Made by a program: the position numbers and the translations under genes. A stretch of 64,000 bases of DNA. Source: Rotaria socialis. Lineage: Eukaryota. Shown one piece after another: positions 1 through 12,800 of this stretch. The notes under the pieces are model-generated. The model had not been told where the DNA came from. It saw nothing but the letters and a program-made list of their open reading frames with translations, and searched no databases. The stretch lies in NCBI GenBank assembly GCA_905331295.1, contig CAJNYD010000033.1, forward strand, positions 186,001-250,000, written 5' to 3'. Position 1 is the stretch's first letter; every line of letters starts with the position of its first letter.

Positions 1-292
1 GAAGCAATTAAGAGCAAGAGATAAAAAGAAAAAAAATGACGTATGAAATATTGATTCTCTCTCACGCACGTAGGTATAGAAATAAACATCAGTTATCATT
101 ATTACAATCAAAAAACCAACGTAGACATCGCATCAATTTCTGAAATAAATGAAATCAAAAATAGCACCATCGATATCGTTTTTATTTTATTTTAAGCATA
201 ATAGTATTAAGTTTATTACTAAAAAAAAGTACTATCTAAGTCGTGAAGAAACGTCTTTATTTCTTTTTCTGTCCATAGTATTCCTTGGAAAT

Positions 293-2701
293 TTACAAAA
301 CTTTTCCAGGATTGAGAATATTTAATGGATCAAGTGCTTGTTTAATTGCTTTCATCGTGTTTATTCCTGATGGTCCAAATTCTTCTACTAGTAATTTTTT
401 CTTTCCTAGTCCAATACCATGTTCACCAGTTACTGTGCCATTTACTCGTAATGCTTCTCTAGAAATAAGATGATAGATAATCGAGAGAACAATTCATATT
501 ATACAAAAACATACTTAGCTAAAGCAACACTATATTCATGAACAAGGTCCATATCTTTGGGATTTTTCGGATCGACGATAACAAATACATGAAAATTTCC
601 ATCACCAACATGACCCACAATTGGTCTATTTAAGTAAACTTTAAATTTGCACAAAATAAAAGTATATCATTGAAAAAAATACATACCCTAATAAATTTAA
701 TCGCTTCAATTCATCTTTAGCAAATGTGACAATACCAGGTAGAGCACTGATTGGAACACAAACATCAGTACTGTAGCCCTATAAATAGAAAGAGATTAGT
801 GATGGCCCTAATCTGTTATCCATACGATTGTAGAAGTAACTTCAAGAGATAAATATCATTCCGGTATAAAAATAGATTCGAATAGTGGGTGATTCCCACC
901 AAAATGGTAAATAAAAATCTGCCCCACATTCTATACAGTCCAGGCTGATAAAATAGACTTTGCTCTGAAAGATAAATTTAGCGCTATCGACAAAAAACAT
1001 TCTAAACATACAAATATCATTCTCGAACCTATCTCAAAAGAAAAAAAAAATATTAAACCTAAATTGATCAGCAGAAATAAAATTATCATGTATTGATGCT
1101 CTCATGCAAAAATAAATATGCATACTATGACTTGTATATGCATCGTCTTGCTTTTCATCTATGAATGTAACTTAATAAGATGATTCTTCGATATCGACGT
1201 ACCTTTGAACCTGGCTTGAGAGCTTGAGCGGCATACCATGCACTGTGCCTTGCCTTCCACAATTCGGAACGTTTTTCTGGATCAGTAGCAAAATCAAATT
1301 TGAGACATTCATATGATTTACATGTTTCCTCTACGAGTGTAAAGAATCTATTAGAAAATTCTATTAAAATTTGACAGTTCTGTTCTTACCTGCTATTTGT
1401 CCTTGAGTTTCTATATTACTATTACTACCGTGAAATTCAAGAAATAATGTAGGAGCTACATCAAGGCCCAGTTTTGAAAATCGATTACAAGCATCAACCA
1501 TATTTTCATCGAGAAATTCTATTCGCGCAACAGGCAAACCACTTTGCATTATAGCCACTGTAGCATTCACTGCACCCTGGAAATCTTTAAACGGAGCAAC
1601 AGCAGACAGAACCTAGAGTTGTTAATATGAAGAAAAAACACACCGGGATCTCTTTTCTAGCTAGCATGAAAATGAAATATATACAGCTTCAGGTGTTGCA
1701 TGTAGTTTCAGTGTTGCTTCAGTAATAATACCGAGAGTACCTTCTTGACCAACAAATAAATTAGTGAGATTGTAACCAGCTGACGTTTTTCGACTTCGTC
1801 CTTTGAGTCCAGCTGTTTTTATAATAGTACCGTCAGCTAAAACAACTTCCAAGTTCATTACATTTTCACGCATGGTACCCTAATTGTAGATCGAAATAGA
1901 AATAAGAAAGCAATCTCGTAAGTATTGTCATATATTTACATATCGAACAGCCATTGTTCCTGATGCACTTGTTGCACACATACCACCGAGAGATGCATTT
2001 GCACCGGGATCAATTGGAAACTGAAGACCAGTATCACGAATAAAAGAATTCAATGCATTTCGAGTAACACCAGCTTGAACTATACAATCGAAATCTTCAG
2101 GATTGACTTGTAGAACCCTATCCATGCGACTCAAATTGAGAGTTACACCACCCTGATACAGTGCTGAAAGTTCTTTTTAATTCTCAAAGGAAATGTTTAT
2201 TACTAACTTGAAGCGCAGTTACACCACCTACATAAGAAATGAAAAGCAAAATCAAGTTAAAAATTTTAAGGATAAATTTTTCGTTTTACCTTCTAAACCA
2301 GTACCAGTACCAAATGGTATAATAGGAATACGTTTTGCTGCACAATACTTGACAACTTGTGAAACATGATCAGTGCTTTGTGCGAAAGCAACAACATCAG
2401 GTGCATGACCTCTGTAAATATTATATTTAAATGTTAATTATCGTTATCAAAATACGTAGTATAACATACGCATGGTAGGATTCGTCATGGCTATGTTGTT
2501 CTCGAACAGCTGCAGTATTTGAAACATTATCATTTCCTACAATTTGTTTTAGATCAGCAACTAAAGTCTGGGATGATGCATATCGTTGTGTAAGCTATAT
2601 AGTTAAATATTCCTTTAAACAGTTCATAGTAATTTTCATGTTATTCCTACCGATCGAAAGATATTCGGGATGTGTGTAGTTCGAGCTCTAATAATATTCA
2701 T
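293..2701 (-). CDS. LDHD: FAD-dependent D-lactate dehydrogenase (mitochondrial LDHD/DLD1 family), copy A, multi-exon
   Basis: Spliced reading from ATG at 2701 (MNIIRARTT...) through [67 protein letters not shown] and GEHGIGLGK to LNPGKVL* (TAA 293-295). These are FAD_binding_4 and FAD-oxidase_C motifs, with GT-AG introns. Confidence 0.93.
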
Positions 2702-2854
2702 CTTTATAATGATCTGAAGTAAAATAGAATCAAATTTGTAGAAAGAACAGCTACATTAAATGAGTATAGAAAATACGCTGTTCTACTAAGAAGATAAAAA
2801 GATTGAACAGAAGTGTAGTTATGTTTTTTTAACTGTGTGCTGGAATTAAACAGC

Positions 2855-5800
2855 TTATTTCATGTCTATAACCTTGCCAGGATTAAGAATATTCAATGGA
2901 TCAAGCGCCTTTTTTATGAATTTCATAGTATTGATTCCTTCTAATCCGAATTCATCGATAAGTAATTGTTTTTTACCCAAGCCAATACCATGCTCACCTG
3001 TGATAGTACCGTTCATACGTAATGCTTCTCTTCAAATAAGGTAAAATTAAAAGTAGCATACATTTGAAAAGTTTATACTTGGCTAGAATAATAGAAAACT
3101 CGTGAACACGCTTTATTTCTTCTAAATCTTTTGGATCAATGACCAAAACTACATGAAAATTTCCATCTCCAACATGTCCCAAAATCAATCTATGAAAATA
3201 AAATGATATAGTAGCTGACAATAAATAATTTGGACATACCCTAGTAATTTTAATCTTCGCAATTCGTCTCTGGAAAACGCGATAATACCAGGTAAACTAC
3301 TAATCGGAACACAAACATCAGTACTATAACACTGCAAAATACAAACAAAAATATACAATTTAATACCAAGTAGTGCATTATTTAGCATAAATAATGTAAT
3401 AGAAATTCAGCGTATATAACCTAAGCAATTGATTAAGAAATTTTCATTGTTTCATGCATATGTGTATCCGATGGAAGAAAACAAATCAGTTAACTATACT
3501 TCTCGATATGTATTTGAAAATCAAGTCCAACATATCTCTTATTCGATTATAATATATCAATCATACGGATCATTCATTCTATTTCTTGATTGATTCATTG
3601 CACATTATCAAAAAAAAAGTACTAAAGAATTAATCATTTATCTATTGTGTTCCATAAGCACTTGATTGTTCTCGTCTCATACTAACTTTTGAACCTGGTC
3701 TGAGAGCATGTGCAGCGTACCATACATTATGTCTTGCTTTCCACAAATCATTTCGTCGATCAATATCAGTTGTGAAAATAAATTGAAGGCATTCAAATGA
3801 TTTGCATGTTTCTTCTAGAAAAACAAGACGCAAATATCGAACGACATCAATCATTTTACAAGCAAAATTTTATGAATCAAACACTACACTTGTGAAAGAT
3901 GAAACCAATAAATGCGACATGGTGAATATTCATCTAGATCAGAGCGCCGCGTGGGACGGGATGGGACGAACATTTTTAGAAAGTTTTAAGCAGACAAGAA
4001 AAAATCAAAATCTCTTTCGATATGATTCTATGATATGCATACTACCGCTATCCATTAAAATTAAGATCATTGTTTTAGATGACTTTTAAAAGCTTGTATT
4101 CGTTTTTTAAAAATATTTTTGGTAAGTTGAGCAACATATACCGAAAATATTTTAAACTATGAGAATAAAATTTGAAAGCGGTCACTTACGTCAATAAATA
4201 TAATTTTAATGGATAAAGATAATAAGCATATAATAGCATCGCCTCGAAAGAGGCTTCGATTCTTTCTTGACTGCTTAAAATTTTCTAAAAATGTTCGTCC
4301 CATCCCGTCCCACGCAGAGCTCTGATCTAGATCATTGTTACATTTCATAGTTTAGCTTTATCGATATGAATATTGTTTTAAAAGATGGACAATATAATTC
4401 TCTAAAGGAGTATGCAACATATATTGTTGCATAATGTTTTGCAAAAGTGTCAGAAAAATAATCAGTACTGTGATACTTTACTACAGCGTATCTGTTTTAA
4501 ATAATATTTTCCTTTTGGCAACAGCATTATTTTATTGAAATAGAACCAAAAATATATTGAAGTTTCCTTATTCTACTTGATCTATCTCGCTAAACACCTA
4601 CGTTGAGCTGTGGGTGTCTTTACCTATCGTAAAGCTAATGCCTCTTGAAAATGAAGTCAAATTGAGTTTGATTAGCTCTTTTATCTTTCCATCTGAAATC
4701 TTTATTTGAATAGAGTTTGGGGAAAGTGAAAAAACTCATTCACATAGCCGAAGTTGACACAAGCATTTTGATACCTTCGTTTTAACATAAAGCTTTACAT
4801 GTACTATAATATGATTTTCTTTAAAATTCTTTAGAAAAAATTATGGTTCATTTTTGAAGAAAATAAAATCTTGAATTTTTACAACAGAAAAAACATTTCA
4901 CTGTATCGATGAAACTTAATGAAAATACCTGAAACAATCTTACAATAAAATTTCCTTTTCTTTCACACTTGTTATATCATTACCTGCTGTTTTTCCTTGA
5001 GCTTCAATGTTATTCTTGCTACCGTGAAATTCAAGAAATAATGTAGGAGCTACATCAAGGTCCAGTTTTGAAAATCGATTACAAGCATCAACCATATTTT
5101 CATCGAGAAATTCGATTCGCGCAACAGGCAAACCACTTTGCATTATAGCCACTGTAGCATTCACTGCACCTTGTAAATCTTTAAACGGAGCAACAGCAGA
5201 CAGAACCTAGAGTTGTTAATATGAAGAAAAAACACACCGGAATCTTTTTTCTAGCTAGCATGAAAATGAAATATATACAGCTTCAGGTGTTGCATGTAGT
5301 TTCAGTGTTGCTTCAGTAATAATACCGAGAGTACCTTCTTGACCAACAAATAAATTAGTGAGATTGTAACCAGCTGACGTTTTTCGACTTCGTCCTTTGA
5401 GTCCAGCTGTTTTTATAATAGTACCGTCAGCTAAAACAACTTCCAAGTTCATTACATTTTCACGCATGGTACCCTAATTGTAGATCGAAATAGAAATAAG
5501 AAAGCAATCTCGTAAGTATTGTCATATATTTACATATCGAACAGCCATTGTTCCTGATGCACTTGTTGCACACATACCACCGAGAGATGCATTTGCACCG
5601 GGATCAATTGGAAACTGAAGACCAGTATCACGAATAAAAGAATTCAATGCATTTCGAGTAACACCAGCTTGAACTGTACAATCAAAATCTTCAGGATTGA
5701 CTTGTAGAACCTTATCCATACGACTCAAATCTAGGCATACACCACCCTAACCAAACGACAAAATTTTATTTTTTTTATTAAACGCAAAATTTTATTACGA

Positions 5801-6283
5801 ACTTCCATAGCAGTGACGCCCCCTACATAAGCAGCGAACAACAAATCAAGTTAAATTAAAGATGGATTTTTCGTTTTACCTTCTAAACCAGTACCAGTAC
5901 CAAATGGTATAATAGGAATGCATTTTGCTGCACAATACTTGACAACTTGTGAAACTTCCTTTGTAGTTCTGGTATAAACAACAACGTCAGGGCTGCGACC
6001 TCTACAAACGCAACGATTATAGAATGAGTATCGAACCAGTTATGTTATCATACACATGGTATGATTCATCGTGGTTATGTTGCTCTCGAACAGCTGCACT
6101 GTTTGTGACATTATCAGTTCCCACGATATGTTTCAAATCAGCCGCTAAAGCTTCTGTTGATGCACATCGTCGAATAAGCTAATAAGTACACATAGTGCTC
6201 ATTTTTCATTAAAAGCTTTTACTGAGAAAATAAAAATCTACCTTGTATAGAGAAAATACTTTTTGGCTTTGTTTTATATTCAT
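2855..6283 (-). CDS. LDHD: FAD-dependent D-lactate dehydrogenase, copy B (tandem paralogue), multi-exon
   Basis: ATG at 6283 (MNIKQSQKV...), same motifs and exon layout as copy A, ending NPGKVIDMK* (TAA 2855-2857). Only ~150 bp separate its stop from the start of copy A. Confidence 0.92.
3940..4324. mobile_element. Fold-back MITE, hAT-like, in an intron of D-LDH copy B
   Basis: Long imperfect inverted repeats (CAGAGCGCCGCGTGGGACGGGATGGGACGAACATTTTTAGAAA... / ...TTTCTAAAAATGTTCGTCCCATCCCGTCCCACGCAGAGCTCTG), flanked by ATCTAGAT at 3932-3939 and 4325-4332. Confidence 0.85.
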
Positions 6284-6872
6284 CGATGCACCCCTACTTG
6301 AAGCCGAAAACAAAGAAAGAGAAAACGCTATAGTTTACGGGAAATCAGCGAATCCAATCAAAAGTAAAAATAAAGAAGTACAAACAAAACTATAGAGTAT
6401 GTAAGTTCACAATTACATTATATTTATTTAAACATTTCTATCATCAAAAATTTTATACATTCGTATAATTGTCCATAAGCGTCTCCATGAATTTTCATTT
6501 GATCAGAGTTATATCAATGAATCTGAGAATTCAAACATATCTACAAATCACATGTAAGCTTGTTTTCATTTTAATATTTAATACAACATATAAAAAAAAA
6601 CAGAATAATTGTGATGATAATTATTTGTCAAAACTGGTCGATTTAACTTCTTTTTTTTACAATCAAAGGATGTTGGAAAAATCATTCTTTTCATTTTCTT
6701 CGATATATGAAAGACAGGCACAAACACAAGAAAAAAGAATATTGTTAAAATTGAACACACACACACACGCACGCACACACAGAACTGGATGGATGTATGC
6801 ACAAAAAAAAACTTGATTAAACACCGGTGCAGGATAGGTCAATAGATGACGTGATTTATATAATAAAATAGA

Positions 6873-9800
6873 TTAGTTTTTTCCAGCACCAAATACTTGA
6901 GCTTGTTCTTCTTCATTCAAATTGATTTGAAGCGTTCGTCGTACTAAACGAAAATACTATTGAAAATAGAACGAGAAAAAAACATGAATTGAAAAACGTA
7001 CATGATTGACGTTGAGCATATCGAGCTATTCGGCGTTGTTTTATTGCATCTTTCGATGATGTTAATGTAGCATTTTTAACAAGAGTATCAAGTAATTCAT
7101 CGCTTGTATCAAATCCTTCGTTTTCATTGGATTTAATCGATTGAAGGGTATTTAATGTTGGTGAAGCCGATGCTGGCGATTTTTGTAAATTATTCACTAC
7201 AAATATTCAACATTAATTGTTCTAGTGTGGCGTTGTAAAAAATGAATGTGAACATGGCGGAAGTCTTTCAATGAATAAATGACTTGGAATAAAGACTATG
7301 TGTATTTTGTCAAGTCGAATAAGCTATTACACCATTCTGGTGAGTACCATGATATTCGTGAGAGAAAAAACTTACTTATGTTCGATTTGAAACTATGTAC
7401 ACAGAAAGAACATTAATAGAAAAGTATTGCTAGAGAGGAAAATATAGCGTTTGTTTTGTCTTTATATATCAACAGGTTTTATATTTGTATTTCAGAATAA
7501 AAGTCAATCAAGTGACTTGAATTTTCTTTCTTTTTCCAAAACTGCTTGAGCCTTATATTGTAGACGTCTATGTCTAGATAGGATATGCAATCTAAGCGCT
7601 TTTATTGCAATCAGTACTTCTCGAATTCATAACTTATTTTATTTTACATCAATTCAGATATTCTTGACCTAAAAGTAATTTCTCATCTGGAACAGTACCG
7701 TTACTGTCGCACAGAAAACAAAGCACTGAGGTTCTTTTTCAATATAAATATGGGATTAATGTTCGTTCATTCATCATACTAAATCCGATGAACTGGTGTT
7801 TCAGTGAAGTGTACACCAAGAGAGCGTCTATGAACATATTATTCTTGTAAAAATCTAAACATACCAGATGCTTTTTGTCGTAATCGATGACCAGGCATTG
7901 CTTGACCATCTTTCGATGAGCTTCTAACTGCAGCTGCTAGATCACTTAACATGTCCGGTTGAGCACTTTTTAGATTTGTCTGTTGTCTTGAGCTTTTATC
8001 TGTCATAGGAGATGCCGGCTTGAGAGTATTATAAGTTTGTGGAATAGTAGATGAAGAATATTTTGTTTTTGGTGGTTCACAATAGGAACTAGATTCATCG
8101 TCTGTTCGAAAACCATTTAATAAAACATCTGTCAATGGATTGCCTTTTTCTGAAATAATCTACAGAAAAAAATAAAAAGATATCAAATATAATAGAAAGA
8201 TTGCGTGTAGCAAAAACGGAAATTGTTCAAACCTCAGTTATTAATTTGCCCCTTGTTTTATTTCGTTCACCACGATTTTGTTTCTTTTGTTTTTGTGTTG
8301 TTATACGTTCACGTGTTGTTCGATATTCAAGTGCGAATTCACTAAGAATCTTACAAAATTGTGTAATCTTGGTTTCTTGTATTATACCAAGAGGATAACC
8401 AAGCCAGAGAAGAAATCGTCGAAAACGATTTAATACACGTGTTTGTATAATTTTCAATAGACAAACACGTTCAGCACAATCAGTAAGAAATTCTGCCAGT
8501 CTATGATTCGAAAAAAAAACACCATTTTCAGTTGAATTAAGAAATAAGGACCTATTTAGCAATAAGCGAGATTTTATCTGTGAAGCAACATTTGATCATT
8601 TTGATTCTTTTTTCTGTGTATGTAGAACAAAAAAAGCGTAATCAAATACATACGTGGCATTATAAAATTTACCATGCATCTTAATATCAACTCTGAAAAT
8701 GATCTTTGATATATATTATGTATTTTTTTTTATAAGGGATCACTTCTGGCTCAAGTAAAATATATATTCAAATGCATAAAAAGAAGTATAATAGGGTTTA
8801 TCACTAGGATGCAGACTCGTTGTAGAAAAGAGAAACGATACGTACTTGGTTTTCACTTGTAATGTTTCATGTTTACTAATAGCTTTTAAATGTTCAAACG
8901 CTCCACGACAATCATTTTCTAGTTTAGCTAATTTCAATTCAATTTCATCGAAGTCAATCTAATGTAAAAATGATTTCTACGATAACTAGTGGAACAAAGA
9001 AAACTTTATTACTATACCTTTGAACATCGAGTTATTTCACCCAGTTCTGAATAGAAATCACTTGTATCAGGATATTTTTCAACAACAATATTGCACACAT
9101 GAAATAATAATGAATGTTTTTGAATAGTATCTTTTACTTCAGGAACTTTAGAAAGATAATCAAGTTGAAAACCAGTTGACTAAAATTGAAGATGACGATT
9201 GAATAATTTTTAAATGAAAATATTTCTATTTACCTCAGCTCCATTAAGAAAATTACCAACAGCAAGAAGTACTTCGAGTATACGTCGAAATGTTATATTC
9301 TCTTTCAAGTTTCTCATTCCATTTTTTAAATCCATTAAGGGTTCAGCGATTTCCTATGGAAAAGAAAATATATTCTAATTATTCTATGTTAAATATTCTA
9401 TCGAACCAATTCAATATTATCAAAATCAAGTTTAAATAACCATAGCTTTAAACGAGCTTCCAATTCGACAACAGCTCCAATTGTTAATAGAAAATATTCA
9501 GCATTGCCCAATGGTATATCACTGTTAGCCATTTGTGCTTCTATTATACGATTTTTTTCTTCTTCTGTTGGAAGCATTGTTAATAATTTCTAAATCATAA
9601 ACAAAAATCGTTTAATCTATTAATTTTCAATAAATATAAATTCTACACGATGATAGAATTCGTTGAGTTGTATATGAAAATGTTCCTGTAAACAGTATTA
9701 GAAAGTTTCTGAACAGAAGAGTTCGACAGAGCACACTTTTCTTGTATTTGTATACTCTGGTTGAGAGAAACTTTTCATTCACTCTATAACTAGAGATCAA

Positions 9801-12800
9801 TGACAAATCGATTAAATAATTCTGATATACTCTCTGCTGGTACTAACATGTATATATTTTCCTTTTGATAAAATTACTCTTCGAACCTATTTCGTGATAC
9901 AGTACTTTATTTCTCATTGGGAAACTAAAATTCATCAATGATTTACGTATATCTTTTGTAGCTAGCGTTGTCTGAAACTCGTCAATATTGAGAGAAGATC
10001 GACCGCGAGCTTTCAGATATAACCTAAGAATTCTCGATCAAAAATAAAAGCAATAGAACAACGAAGGAAAACGAAAAGTTTTGACAAGGTTAAAATAGGT
10101 TATCGTAACCCGCTCTCGATACTTCTGTTTGAATAGATCCTTTATGTTGAACACAAAGTTGAAAAGTAATACAAGTCTAATAATAATTCAAAACTATTTA
10201 TATCAAGCAATGTCTTGACACATTATCGGAAAATTTTCGATCATTATTGTGTTTTCATTTTTTGGATTACCATAATAGCTCGAAATCTAACTAAAATGAT
10301 TTCGTTACACGATGAATTTCTTTTCTGAAATATTACATTTAAAACTATCATTAAGAGAAGAAGTTACTTTTGATCGTTCTCTAGCTTTTTATTGATCACA
10401 ATTTAAAGCAGAGCAAAATTCGTCCACCAATAATGAAATCAATATTACTCTTTAGAATTTGAACCGGAAAATCGAGCATATAGATGACGATTCAAGTCAA
10501 GGGGGAAACGGCGGATTGCAGATTTTCGGAGTTTTTTCGGATTGTTCATGGATTGGCAATCCCGAAAATCCACCATTTCATCCTTGGAAATATGAGTATT
10601 TTTGCAATCGCATTATCTTCAGAATAAAACATCCGTTTGAGCTGAAACTTTTAGGATATTCTAAGGACCACGAGGTCTACATATGATAAAAATTTCAGCT
10701 CGAAATTCCTTCATTTACAAGAGGCGATTGCTGGTAAATTTGGGATGTTTTTCGGATTGCTCATGGATTGGCAATCCCGAAAATCCGCCGTTTCCCCCTT
10801 GATTCAAGTACTTTAGTCGCACTTCAAACAATATTAACATTTTATAGGTAAGAAATGCTAATTGATCTGATTTTAACTTAAAAAAAAAATAAAAACGAAA
10901 CACTTCCTTTTTCAAAAAATGTATTACCTCAATGCCTTCTTTATTTATAACACTACTGTCCATTTTCAAAATAGCTGCTTTGATTGTTCGAGCTGTTGGT
11001 AAAACGGTAAGACCAATATTAATTGCATTTGAACGTTTTGGATCGAGTACAGTTATTTCTTTTTTTATATCACCACTTTTCTATAGAATAAAACAACGTA
11101 TTAATATTCTAATTTAATATCGCTACTATGAGAAATTAATTCAAAAGAGAGAGAGAGAGAGAGAGAGAAACAAGAAGCGAATACATAAAGCACACACACA
11201 CACACACAGAGAATAGACAACGAATTTTTATGTAAGACTACCCCAATGTTAGTTATTTACAAACAATAAAGAGGAAAATAGTGACCCAATAGAGATTTAT
11301 TTTTGTTGATTTGACAATGCCAAATACATGTAAACTAATGACATTTCGAAAATTATTGATCAATTTCGAAAGCATTAATCAAGAAAATAAACATAATCAA
11401 AGAATCAAAGCTGACAATTAACACATATGATGTGTCTATGTACTTACTGTTTCCTGTTTAACATAAGAAAGAAAGAAATATTTAAATATACTAGAATATT
11501 AAATAGCTTATTTTATTTTCTCAGATATTTGTTAAGCTTGCTAACTTTGTATTAAAAAGAAATTGCCTACTTCATTTTGGTATGATTACCTTGACTTTAA
11601 CTTCAGCTTGTTTCAATTCGAATAACTTTGATAATTTTTCAGTATCTAATTTGACTTTATTCAATGAAGACCAAAGAGAATCATTCGTTCCAGGTGTCGT
11701 CGAGAGCATCATATTTGGAGCAGCTTCACGCCAATGTAGACGCAATGTTTTTACTGATTTATTATTTGATGACGATGATTCGCCCCATGTATTACCATTG
11801 TTCATGGTAAACGGTGGGGGTGCCATGCCTCGTGGTAGAAATGGAGGCGGAGGAGGTGGAGGAGGGCACCCTATGGGGGGTGGTGGTGGGGGTGGCCCAC
11901 CAGCCATCATTAAAGGAAATGGTGGAGGAGGAGGCGGCGGGGGAGGAGGGCCATTCCCATTCATCATTGATGGAGGTGGAGGTGGAGGTGGTGGTCCTGT
12001 TCGACCAGTAATGATATTCATAATGCTTGTATCATCTTTTTCATCGAGCTCTTCGAAATTCAAGTCTTGAACGCGTAATTTGCGGTCTAACGGTTTGCTG
12101 ATAACATATTCCCATTGAAGATCATGTTCTGTTAGATGTTTCGATAGTAATGAATCGGGAAATTGACCAGGTAGAGTAAAACAAGTTGTTGAGATGTGAG
12201 GTGATTTGCTGGTTGCTGCTTGTAAACCTAAAAATTCGAAGTTTCAGCTTTGAGTTTTTTAATCATAATCACTGACCATCTTTTGCTCGTGTTACTGCAC
12301 CGATAAGTTCTGGTGATGGTATTACTTTCGGATCTTTGACAATTATAGTGGCTTGGCCGTTTGTTAGTGATCCATCGTTCCCATGCATTGTTGACACAGT
12401 AATTTGACGCGCTAATGTTTCAATTGAACTGTGATTATTTGTTGGTTTTTGATTATTAAATGGAGTTGAAACCGATTCATTATTAGCTGATAAACGTGTA
12501 AAAGAGCTGGACGGAACAATATGATTGCCAAGGTTGGTCAATGGTTTTAATGCTAGAAATAAATTTCACAGTAAAAAAAAACGAACTATAAAGATGATGA
12601 TTATTTACTCTGATGATGACTTGAATCATCATTATTTGCTCCCCAACGATTACGAGTACCTTCATTGGGCGCTGTTCGAGGAAGTTCACGATGCAAAATT
12701 TCTGTTTCCCATCGATCTTGCATTCGACGAATAGCTGAGTTATCTGGCAATGGTTTGGGTCTAAATACAGCAACAACAAAAAAAACGATTTTCATTACAC

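Noticed and set aside
3802..4348. Two similar ORFs on opposite strands ([15 protein letters not shown])
   Set aside because: They are translations of the two arms of the MITE inverted repeat, not genes.
11582..12070. 162-aa plus-strand Gly-rich ORF
   Set aside because: Antisense shadow of the poly-proline FH1 exon of the formin.
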